Origin: Eledone cirrhosa
Taxonomy: Eukaryota
Direction of reading: 5' to 3'
Assembly (NCBI GenBank): GCA_964016885.1
Contig: OZ024746.1
Location: 58,466,001-58,530,000 of the forward strand
DNA: 64,000 nucleotides
Shown here piece by piece: positions 52,994 to 64,000 of the stretch. The position numbers were made by a program, and so were the translations under genes. Below the pieces are notes generated by a model that was not told the origin of the DNA, did no database searches, and saw only the letters and a program-made list of their open reading frames with translations. The stretch's first letter is position 1. Every line of letters starts with the position of its first letter.

Positions 52994-54343
52994 TTAATTG
53001 TAAGTTGTGATGTTGCTGTTCCACTCATATTTTCTATTTAATTTTGGTTTTAATTCTTTTATGCTTACTGCCTCTGTAATTTGCCTAAACATTGCGTCTT
53101 TCTTGTGTGTGGATTCTATTTTTATTTCTATGCTCTCTAATTTACCCCTGTGTTCTATCTTAGCATGTTGGTAGAGCACAGATGATTCTTTATTATCTTG
53201 GAGGTCTCGCCAGTGTTCATTTATTCGTTCCCCTATACTACGAGCTGTCTCACCTATGTACACTATATTTTTGTTTCTACATTGTCCTTCAGTACATCTT
53301 ATGCTATATACTACATTTCTAGTTTTACAGTTAATATGGGGGCTTATTTTACAGGTTATACATTTCTTATCTATACATGAGGGTCTTTGGAACGGGTATG
53401 TCTTGCTAATAAGTGTTTTTACGGAGGTACCAGGTCTTTCTACTATCTTAATATTGAGATTATGTTTCTTTAGGGCCCTTCTAAATTTGTAGGCTAGTTC
53501 GCCTCTAGGGGTTGTATTGATGAACATTACACTCTGGTATTTATTGCTATCATACCATGAGTTTATTCTATTGGCCTTGTTCCTAGTTCTTTCTATTCTA
53601 TTCCAAAATTTGCTCCTATACAAGGGGCAGGTCCCATTTATGTCATTATTTACCATTTTTTCCCATTTGGTTCTGGCTCCTTTATACACTCTGATTCTAT
53701 CTCTCTGATTGTAGCCAGAGAACTGCATACGGTGGATGAAGTGTTGTATGTGTCTCTCTAGTTCTTCGGGGTTGCACATGCGGGACACATTTCTCATCAC
53801 CCGTACCAAATCCGCAATCAGTATGTTGATTTTGGTATGGTCCGAAATGGCCGGGTTTCGGTGGATCAGATGTTTGGAAATCATGGGTTTGGCATAATGG
53901 GAATGGAGGATTTGTTTTTGGTTGTTAATTGTATCTAACCAGAGCTCTGTGTCTAGTACAGGTAATCGATGGTTGGGGTGTCTACTTGGGTAGTCTATAG
54001 TAACTCTAATGCTCTGGTGGATGGAGTTTGCTATTTGCTGGATGCTTTCCATTGTGTTTTTCTCTAGTTCCTGACTGTTCTTTAGTGGGGGTGTCTTAAC
54101 TACGATGTTTATATCATCTACGTAGCGGGAGTACATTATCAGGGTTAAGCTGTCTTCTAATTGTTCATTAAGTTTTTGTTTAAGTCTACTGTCCCACCAT
54201 ACCATGAATAAGTTAGCTATGTCGCCTGCAATGCTAACACCAATGGCTGCTCCTTCCTCTTGGGCATATGTTTTACCATTAAATTTGAACATATGTTCCT
54301 TAAGGGTTAATTTTATGCTGGCCCCTACCGCATGTGCAATCAT
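52994..54343 (-). CDS. PLE reverse transcriptase (C-terminal half) + GIY-YIG endonuclease, 449-aa open stretch
   Basis: YAQEEGAAIGVSIAGDIANLFM, YSRYVDD, LPVLD, Cys linker CIDKKCITC..C, NVVYSIRC..VYIGET, ERINEH and EAVSI..PKLN. Frameshifted and truncated upstream. Confidence 0.88.
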   Translation of the reverse strand: MIAHAVGASIKLTLKEHMFKFNGKTYAQEEGAAIGVSIAGDIANLFMVWWDSRLKQKLNEQLEDSLTLIMYSRYVDDINIVVKTPPLKNSQELEKNTMESIQQIANSIHQSIRVTIDYPSRHPNHRLPVLDTELWLDTINNQKQILHSHYAKPMISKHLIHRNPAISDHTKINILIADLVRVMRNVSRMCNPEELERHIQHFIHRMQFSGYNQRDRIRVYKGARTKWEKMVNNDINGTCPLYRSKFWNRIERTRNKANRINSWYDSNKYQSVMFINTTPRGELAYKFRRALKKHNLNIKIVERPGTSVKTLISKTYPFQRPSCIDKKCITCKISPHINCKTRNVVYSIRCTEGQCRNKNIVYIGETARSIGERINEHWRDLQDNKESSVLYQHAKIEHRGKLESIEIKIESTHKKDAMFRQITEAVSIKELKPKLNRKYEWNSNITTYN

Positions 54344-54875
54344 TTTCTTCAGTTCATCGTGGTTTTCGGGTGTCCGTATAGGCTCTGGTCCACCCGTTCC
54401 ATCTATCTGTGTGGGTTTTCTTGGCCATTGAGGTAATGGTAGGTGGTCTGCTTCTTGCTGGTCTTGTAGGGCACAGGTTGCTAATTACAGAGGCAGTAAG
54501 CATAAAAGAATTAAAACCAAAATTAAATAGAAAATATGAGTGGAACAGCAACATCACAACTTACAATTAAGGACAAAATGAAAACACACACACACATAGA
54601 ACAAACAACTTACAATTGAAAACACACACAAAATGAAAACACACACAAGACAAAATGAAAACACACACACACATAGAACAAACAACCAACCAACAATAAA
54701 TAAATAAATAAATAAACAAATAGAAAAATATAAATAGAAAAATAGAAAAATGAACACAAACACACACAGATACCCGGATGTGGCGCATGCGCAAACTGAG
54801 CACGCAACCCACACACAAATAAAATGGCGTAGGATATAAGAAAGGAAAGGCACAGAAACGAAGAAAGAAATCCCC

Positions 54876-54920
54876 AGTCTCTGAAGAGGTCACAGAGTGT
54901 GTGACGAAAGAACTATGACT
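54876..54920 (+). ncRNA. Hammerhead copy in the inverted pLTR arm
   Basis: Same motif, but AGTCT breaks the stem I pair next to the core. Confidence 0.7.
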
Positions 54921-55615
54921 ATATATATATAAACAACTATCTGGTTGTGGAACCAACCAACCAACAAGAAAGTTATAAATTTGTAAATTTATAAATATAT
55001 AATAAATTAAATTGAAGTGAAAGCAACTGGTGCGTGTGTTTCTTATTGGCAACATGACCCTCCCAAAGTATAACAATATATATATATATACATACATATA
55101 TATGTGTGTATATATATACATACATATATATGTGTGTATATATATACATACATATATATGTGTGTATATATATATATACATATATATGTGTATATATAGA
55201 CATATATATATACTATATATATACTATATATATATACTATATATATATATAATATATATACTATATATATATATTATATATATAATATATATATATATAT
55301 ATAATATATATACTATATATATATATTATATATATAATATATATATATATATACTATATATATACTATATATATACTATATATACTATATATACTATATA
55401 TATATATAATATATATATATATAATATATATATATATATATACTATATATATATATAATATATATATATATAATATATATATACTATATATATATATATA
55501 TACTATATATATATATACTATATATATATATATAATATATATATATATAATATATATATAATATATATATATATAATATATATATATATATACATAATAA
55601 ATATATATATATATA

Positions 55616-56430
55616 GTAGAATAATCGAGAATCGGAATATCAGCCCACGAAATCACGATAAACAATATCCGATATATGTGGCAGAGGGCTCAATAATTTG
55701 GAAAAAGAGCTATAACTATCGTTAAAATACCAACACATAGAGGTCATGCCTAAAATCACCCATGCAGCCGAAAATAAACGACCAGGAAAATTCGTGTCAC
55801 TCAAATAAAATATTAATAAATTAAATGAATGTAAAACTTACCCGGACCCGCTAGAATGATGTTAAATCTAGCTTCTTGGGTTTCTGCAATTCCTTAATCC
55901 GATCACTATCAGCCCATACAAAAGATATATAAGACTTATAGAGAAGAGAGGAACGAGGAAAGCTTTAGCAACGAGTATTTAGTTCCACAGTATAGAAGGG
56001 CCCCGAAGCCAAATAACGCACATGGTATTCAGCAAGGGAGGGAACCCTTATATTAGCGAAAGAATTCGGTGATGTGTAAATTATGTAACAATACAAATTA
56101 TCACATATCGAATCAGAGTGCTCAACAGACATGTTAAAATAAACAAGAGCTATTCATCAGTCAATAAGATCAACAAAGAAATCATCAATAAAATTAACTG
56201 GTCAATAGCTAGGGTCTAGAGCTAAATATAGTAGAATAATCGAGAATCGGAATATCAGCCCACGAAATCACGATAAACAATATCCGATATATGTGGCAGA
56301 GGGCTCAATAATTTGGAAAAATCAGAGCTATAACTATCATTAAAATACCAACACATGCAGCCGAAAATAAACGACCAGGAAGATACGGATCACTCAAATA
56401 AAATATCAATAAATTAATAAATTAAATGAA
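55616..56430. mobile_element. ~615-bp unit element, ~1.3 copies (diverged variant)
   Basis: The start at 55616 recurs at 56231. Colinear with the 617-bp unit. (TA)n lies on both sides. Confidence 0.75.
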
Positions 56431-56440
56431 TATATAATAT

Positions 56441-56474
<34 letters not shown>

Positions 56475-56560
56475 ATGTATATATATATATAATATATATA
56501 TATATATAGAATATATATATATAGAATATATATATATAATATATATATATATATATAATA

Positions 56561-56599
<39 letters not shown>

Positions 56600-56604
<5 letters not shown>

Positions 56605-56788
56605 GTTTGTACTTTAGGCACAAGGCCAGCAATTAGCCAGTACATTACTGGTACTTTATTTTATCGACCCCGTAAGGATGAAAGTCAAAGTTAAGCTCGG
56701 CGCGATTTGAACTCACACTGTAAAGGGACGTAACTATGCTAGAAAACATGGCGTCCAACCCTCTACCGATACTGCCAATTCACCGCCC
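56600..56788 (-). mobile_element. SINE family B
   Basis: Full copy within (TA)n. Confidence 0.9.
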
Positions 56789-56789
56789 T

Positions 56790-56866
56790 TATATTATATA
56801 TATATATATATAATATATATATATATAATATATATATATAATATATATATATATATAATATAATAT

Positions 56867-56959
<93 letters not shown>

Positions 56960-56961
56960 TG

Positions 56962-56992
<31 letters not shown>

Positions 56993-57149
56993 TATATATA
57001 TATATATTATATATATATATTATATATATATATATATAATATAAACATATATATATATATATATTATATATATATATGTATATTATATATATATATTATA
57101 TATATATATATATTATATATATATATATATATATAATATATATATATAT

Positions 57150-57183
<34 letters not shown>

Positions 57184-57459
57184 ATGTATCATATATATAT
57201 ATAAATTATATACATATTATATATATATATATATATATTATATACATATTATATATATATATATTATATATATATATTATATATATATATATATATTTTA
57301 TATATATATTATATATATATATTATATATATATATATTATATATATATATTATATATATATATTATATATATAAATATTATATATATATATTATATATAT
57401 ATATTATATATATATATATTATATATATATATTATATATATATATATTATATATATATT

Positions 57460-57491
<32 letters not shown>

Positions 57492-57647
57492 ATATTATAT
57501 ATATATATATTATATATATATATATATATTATATATATATATATATATTATATATATATATATTATATATATATATATTATATATATATATTATATATAT
57601 ATATATTATATATATATATTATATATATATATTATATATATATATAT

Positions 57648-57696
<49 letters not shown>

Positions 57697-57792
57697 TATA
57701 TATGTACTATATATATATATAATATATATATATATATATAATATATATATATATATTATATATATATATATTATATATATATATTATATATA
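56790..57792. repeat. ~1-kb (TA)n tract
   Basis: Direct reading. Similar tracts are at 55080-55615, 62261-62820 and 63300-63520. Confidence 0.95.
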
Positions 57793-58652
57793 TTAGAAAG
57801 ATCGAGTATCGAAAAATCGGCGCACGAGTTCACGACAAACAATATTCGAAATGAGCGGCAGAGGGCTCAATAATTCAGATGAATCAGAGCTATAACTATC
57901 GTTAAAATACCGTCACACATAGAACAAGTCTATAATCAACCATACGATAAAAAATCGATAATAGAAGATTCGGGACAATCAGATAAAAAATATCAATAAA
58001 ACAATACATCAATAATTTAAATGAATGTAAAATCATACCCGGACCCACTAGAAAGGTGTTAAATCTAGCTTCTTGGGTTTCTGTAAATCCTTAGACTGTA
58101 CTCTATCAGCTCACATATAAATATATAAGACTTCTAGAGCAAGCGGACTGGAAGTTTACGTTATCAACGAGCTTTGTCCTAGCGGATAAGAGGCTAACTA
58201 CAAGCGAAATACGCACATGGAATTCGGCAAGGGAGATAACCTCTACATCCGCGAAAACTATTCGAGGAAATGTGGAAATACACATATCGAATAAAAGTGC
58301 TCAATAGACATGTTAAAATAAAACAGGAGCTATTCATCACTCAATAGAATCGACAAAAAATGAGCAATAAAATTAACTGGTGGATAGCTATGTCCAGAGC
58401 TAAAAATATTAGAAAGATCGAGTATCGAAAAATCGGCGCACGAGTTCACGACAAACAATATTCGAAATGAGCGGCAGAGGGCTCAATAATTCAGATGAAT
58501 CAGAGCTATAACTATCGTTAAAATACCGTCACACATAGAACAAGTCTATAATCAACCATACGATAAAAAATCGATAATAGAAGATTCGGGACAATCAGAT
58601 AAAAAATATCAATAAAACAATACATCAATAATTTAAATGAATGTAAAATCAT
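57793..58652. mobile_element. 616-bp unit element, ~1.4 copies
   Basis: TTAGAAAGATCG at 57793 and 58409. (TA)n lies on both sides. Confidence 0.8.
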
Positions 58653-59300
58653 TATATATATATATATTATAATATTAAGGGCGCTGCGGAGTTGAAAATG
58701 GGTTACATATGAAAAAATGTTGTCATCCATCAGTGATCTTCCAACTATCATAGGCATTTCATCGCTTTAAAGACCATATACCTCCGGTTGGTGCGAGCAA
58801 CGGCTAGAAAAAGTCGTTCGGACACGTAAATAAAGGGGACGCGAGGGTAAACAAACAAAATCGTGAGGCAACAGAAAGTGAAGAAGAAGGAGACAAGTCC
58901 CAGATTTCTATGAATTTAAGTTCGGTGAAATCGTGACCGAGAGAATAAAGACCATCAAACCTGGTTGAAATGTGAGCAAGGAAGGAATTTCGCACAGGTC
59001 TAACGGGAGGAAGAAGGGGTCTGGTCTGCGAATTCGGTAAACATAAGTTCTGTGAAATCGTAGACGAGAGAGAAAAAAAATTTCGACTAGCTTGGCCGAA
59101 AATGTGAGAGAAAAGAATTACTCACAGGTCAAACGGGAAGAAAGAGGAGGAGGAGAAGAGGTAGTGACAGAGAATGAGTGAGTGAAGGGTGATGTGAGGA
59201 AGAGGCTAACAGAGAGACTGCTAGAAACGGTAAAGATACATATATTATATATATATATATATACAATATATATATATATATAATATATATATATAATATA

Positions 59301-59520
59301 GTGAAGGCGTGTGGCTGAGTGGTTACAGAATTGGATTCACAATCTTGAGATTGTGAGTTCGATTCCTGGACCGGGCGATGCGTTATGTCCTTGAGCAAGA
59401 CACTTTATTTCACGTTGCGCCTTCTACCTGGAGCTGCGACCGATAGATAGTATTAGCAACTGGAAAGACTGACGAAAACATTGTTTCCTCGGTCCGATTT
59501 CACGAAAGTCGATCGATCCG

Positions 59521-59529
<9 letters not shown>
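59301..59529 (+). mobile_element. SINE family C
   Basis: Colinear with 19632-19850. Ends GATCGATCCG plus an A-run. Confidence 0.9.
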
Positions 59530-59560
<31 letters not shown>

Positions 59561-59561
<1 letters not shown>

Positions 59562-62260
59562 TAGAAAGATCGAGTATCGAAAAATCGGCGCACGAGTTCA
59601 CGATAAACGAGATTCGACATGAGCGGCAGAGGGCTCAATAATTCAGATGAATCAGAGCTATAACTATCGTTAAAATACCGTCACATATAGAACAAGTCTA
59701 CAATCAACCATACGATTTAAAATCGATAAAGGAAGATTCGGGACAAACAGATAAAAAATAACAATAAAACAATACGTCAATAATTTAAATGAATGTAAAA
59801 TCATACCCGGACCCACTAGACAGGTGTTAAATCTAGCTTCATGGGTTTCTGTAAATCCTTAGACTGTACTCTATCAGCTCACATATAAATATAAAAGCCT
59901 ACTAGAGCAAGCGGAACGGAGTTTTACTTTCTCAACGAGCTTTTTTCCTGGCGGTAGAGGAGCCAACTACCAGTGAAAAACGCACATGGCATTAGACAAG
60001 GGAGATAACCCCTATATCCGCGAAAACAATTCGAGTGAATGTGGAAATACACATATCGAATTAGAGTGCTCAATAGACATGTTAAAATAAAACAAAAGCT
60101 ATTCATCACTCAATAGAATCGACAAAAAATGAGCAATAAAATTAACTGGTGGATAGCTATGTCCAGAGCTAAATATATTAGAAAGATCGAGTATCGAAAA
60201 ATCGGCGGACGAGTTCACGATAAACGAGATTCGACTTGAGCGGCAGAGGGCTCAATAATTCAGATGAATCAGAGCTATAACTATCGTTAAAATACCGTCA
60301 CATATAGAACAAGTCTACAATCAACCATACGATTTAAAATCGATAAAGGAAGATTCGGGACAAACAGATAAAAAATAACAATAAAACAATACGTCAATAA
60401 TTTAAATGAATGTAAAATCATACCCGGACCCACTAGACAGGTGTTAAATCTAGCTTCATGGGTTTCTGTAAATCCTTAGACTGTACTCTATCAGCTCACA
60501 TATAAATATAAAAGCCTACTAGAGCAAGCGGAACGGAGTTTTACTTTCTCAACGAGCTTTTTTCCTGGCGGTAGAGGAGCCAACTACCAGTGAAAAACGC
60601 ACATGGCATTAGACAAGGGAGATAACCCCTATATCCGCGAAAACAATTCGAGTGAATGTGGAAATACACATATCGAATTAGAGTGCTCAATAGACATGTT
60701 AAAATAAAACAAAAGCTATTCATCACTCAATAGAATCGACAAAAAATGAGCAATAAAATTAACTGGTGGATAGCTATGTCCAGAGCTAAATATATTAGAA
60801 AGATCGAGTATCGAAAAATCGGCGCACGAGTTCACGATAAACGAGATTCGACATGAGCGGCAGAGGGCTCAATAATTCAGATGAATCAGAGCTATAACTA
60901 TCGTTAAAATACCGTCACATATAGAACAAGTCTACAATCAACCATACGATTTAAAATCGATAAAGGAAGATTCGGGACAAACAGATAAAAAATAACAATA
61001 AAACAATACGTCAATAATTTAAATGAATGTAAAATCATACCCGGACCCACTAGACAGGTGTTAAATCTAGCTTCATGGGTTTCTGTAAATCCTTAGACTG
61101 TACTCTATCAGCTCACATATAAATATAAAAGCCTACTAGAGCAAGCGGAACGGAGTTTTACTTTCTCAACGAGCTTTTTTCCTTGCGGTAGAGGAGCCAA
61201 CTACCAGTGAAAAACGCACATGGCATTAGACAAGGGAGATAACCCCTATATCCGCGAAAACAATTCGAGTGAATGTGGAAATACACATATCGAATTAGAG
61301 TGCTCAATAGACATGTTAAAATAAAACAAAAGCTATTCATCACTCAATAGAATCGACAAAAAATGAGCAATAAAATTAACTGGTGGATAGCTATGTCCAG
61401 AGCTAAATATATTAGAAAGATCGAGTATCGAAAAATCGGCGCACGAGTTCACGATAAACGAGATTCGACATGAGCGGCAGAGGGCTCAATAATTCAGATG
61501 AATCAGAGCTATAACTATCGTTAAAATACCGTCACATATAGAACAAGTCTACAATCAACCATACGATTTAAAATCGATAAAGGAAGATTCGGGACAAACA
61601 GATAAAAAATAACAATAAAACAATACGTCAATAATTTAAATGAATGTAAAATCATACCCGGACCCACTAGACAGGTGTTAAATCTAGCTTCATGGGTTTC
61701 TGTAAATCCTTAGACTGTACTCTATCAGCTCACATATAAATATAAAAGCCTACTAGAGCAAGCGGAACGGAGTTTTACTTTCTCAACGAGCTTTTTTCCT
61801 GGCGGTAGAGGAGCCAACTACCAGTGAAAAACGCACATGGCATTAGACAAGGGAGATAACCCCTATATCCGCGAAAACAATTCGAGTGAATGTGGAAATA
61901 CACATATCGAATTAGAGTGCTCAATAGACATGTTAAAATAAAACAAAAGCTATTCATCACTCAATAGAATCGACAAAAAATGAGCAATAAAATTAACTGG
62001 TGGATAGCTATGTCCAGAGCTAAATATATTAGAAAGATCGAGTATCGAAAAATCGGCGCACGAGTTCACGATAAACGAGATTCGACATGAGCGGCAGAGG
62101 GCTCAATAATTCAGATGAATCAGAGCTATAACTATCGTTAAAATACCGTCACATATAGAACAAGTCTACAATCAACCATACGATTTAAAATCGATAAAGG
62201 AAGATTCGGGACAAACAGATAAAAAATAACAATAAAACAATACGTCAATAATTTAAATGA
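59561..62260. repeat. 617-bp tandem array, ~4.4 near-identical units
   Basis: Unit starts at 59561, 60178, 60795, 61412 and 62029. Only isolated substitutions are visible. Confidence 0.97.
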
Positions 62261-62292
62261 TTATATATATATATTATATATATATAAAATAT

Positions 62293-62335
<43 letters not shown>

Positions 62336-62392
62336 TAGATATAATATATATAGATATAATATATATAGATATAATATATATATATATAATAT

Positions 62393-62434
<42 letters not shown>

Positions 62435-62467
62435 ATATAATATATATATATAATATAATATATATAT

Positions 62468-62501
<34 letters not shown>

Positions 62502-62558
62502 ATTGTATATTATATATATATATTATAATTATATATATATATTATAATTATATATTAT

Positions 62559-62601
<43 letters not shown>

Positions 62602-62747
62602 TATATATAATATATATATAATATATATATAATATATATATATATATAATATATCTATATAATATATATATATATATATATCATATATATATATATATAT
62701 ATATATCATATATATATATATATATATCATATATATATATATATATC

Positions 62748-62778
<31 letters not shown>

Positions 62779-62820
62779 TCATATATATATATATATATCA
62801 TATATATATATATATATATA

Positions 62821-62958
62821 TAACGAAGGAAATGTGGTAAGGAACGAGGTGGACCATAACGCACGAAAGTACTCAATACTTTACGTATGCATGTGTACAG
62901 TCCAGAATTAGCCGTCGAAACGGCTTGAGCTCAGCCGTCTGCTTCCTACTCGTTCCTA
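62821..62958. repeat. Family D element (rearranged)
   Basis: GGACCATAAC..AGTACTCAATAC is joined to an inverted CAGTCCAGAATTAGCCGTCGAAACGGC segment, within (TA)n. Confidence 0.7.
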
Positions 62959-63059
62959 TATATATATATGTTATGATAGTTATATATCTTTCTATATAAC
63001 TATCATAACAGTTTCACTACCAAATCAACTTTTTAAAAGGAAGTTGCATTATCACAAGG

Positions 63060-63300
63060 TATGTCACTAATTATTTATAAAACAGCTTATGTATTGTATT
63101 TTGTCTGAGGAAGGCATAACATATTTTTAATATGATATCCCAGAAATATATATAACGAAATAAATATGGTTTTATAAATATAAATATAGTTTCCATTTGT
63201 TTAATATCGTAAACCTACTCCTGAAACTGTTGAGTGCTTTTATATCAGTTATAAAATATTTACTCGTTGTAACCCAACAATCTTAAATAAAACTTGTGCA
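63060..63300 (+). mobile_element. pLTR-like family A copy
   Basis: Homologous to 900-1036 and to the reverse of 707-860. CTGAGGA (63105)..GAAA TATA TA. Confidence 0.6.
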
Positions 63301-63411
63301 TATTATATATAATATATATATATAATATATATATTTATATAATATATATATATATATAATATATATATAATATATATATTTATATAATATATATATATAT
63401 TTATATAATAT

Positions 63412-63495
<84 letters not shown>

Positions 63496-64000
63496 ATATC
63501 TATATAATATATATATATACGGATTAACAAATAATAGTTAAATGCAGTCCACTTAGGTGAAGTCCAGTTATGGTATTCCAGGTAGTGGGTGATATTAACG
63601 CTTGGCTTGGTTTGACTCAACAAGGCGTTTTCATAGTGATGCTGCGGGTATGCTGTAATTCCTATGTTGTAAACACTTGGAATAATAATAAATCAGGAAA
63701 GAAGGTTTACATGGTTTGCTATACAAAAAAGTTTTTAATCACATAGCTTACATTTGTTTCACTGAGCTGGTATGTCTAGAGATCGCTATCCGCCTAATTT
63801 TGCGTCACTCGATCGCCAATACAGAATTATAACCAGTCAGATCTTCGGAGCATGCGAGAATGAAGAAAATACACAGGCAAGAAAATAAAAGAAAATATGG
63901 AGTAGTTATGGCACTCAATTAGAACAATAACAACAACAATTATTACAACAATGCTATCAATAAACTATTTAAGGAGACCCTGACATTACTTAGGTGGGGG

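Larger units (their letters stand above)
52485..55079 (-). mobile_element. Penelope-like element, 5'-truncated, with an inverted copy of its 3' end (pLTR)
   Basis: 52485-53081 is the near-perfect reverse complement of 54483-55079. The RT-GIY-YIG ORF lies between and overlaps the left arm. (TA)n is nearby on both sides. Confidence 0.92.

Noticed and set aside
59830-59880. Minus-strand CTGATAGA...GAAA hammerhead-like string in the 617-bp unit
   Set aside because: The core is non-canonical, there is no NUH or stem I, and it is not conserved in the 55616 variant.
59924-61960. Four repeated 61-aa ORFs
   Set aside because: They are a by-product of the 617-bp repeat, have no motif, and are not called in the two related blocks.
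59561-62260. CRISPR-like or rDNA/snRNA array
   Set aside because: There is no repeat-spacer structure and no recognisable 5S, snRNA or tRNA sequence.

Overview
Eukaryotic, gene-free, repeat-saturated window. The SINE and microsatellite composition looks like an octopus/cephalopod genome; this is inference only. I found no host gene, rRNA, true tRNA or CRISPR. 3-23 kb holds a head-to-tail stack of decayed Tx1/L1-clade LINEs joined by (ATT)n, plus an R4/Dong-type RLE LINE inserted in the same triplet repeat. Two tRNA-derived SINE families (several copies with clear TSDs) and RTE-clade remnants are scattered through the window. The (TA)n microsatellites host a Penelope-like element (PLE) community: one RT+GIY-YIG PLE with a ~597-bp inverted 3' end carrying minimal hammerhead ribozymes, other PLE fragments, several hammerhead-like motifs, many hairpin/palindromic mini-elements, and a non-coding ~616-bp unit present as ~1.3, ~1.4 and ~4.4 tandem copies with matching ends. 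The best leads are the ~616-bp partial-tandem element, the hammerhead/hairpin inserts in (TA)n, and an apparent shared 3' tail between one SINE family and the Tx1 LINE. All alignments and folds were done by eye, and element boundaries are approximate.
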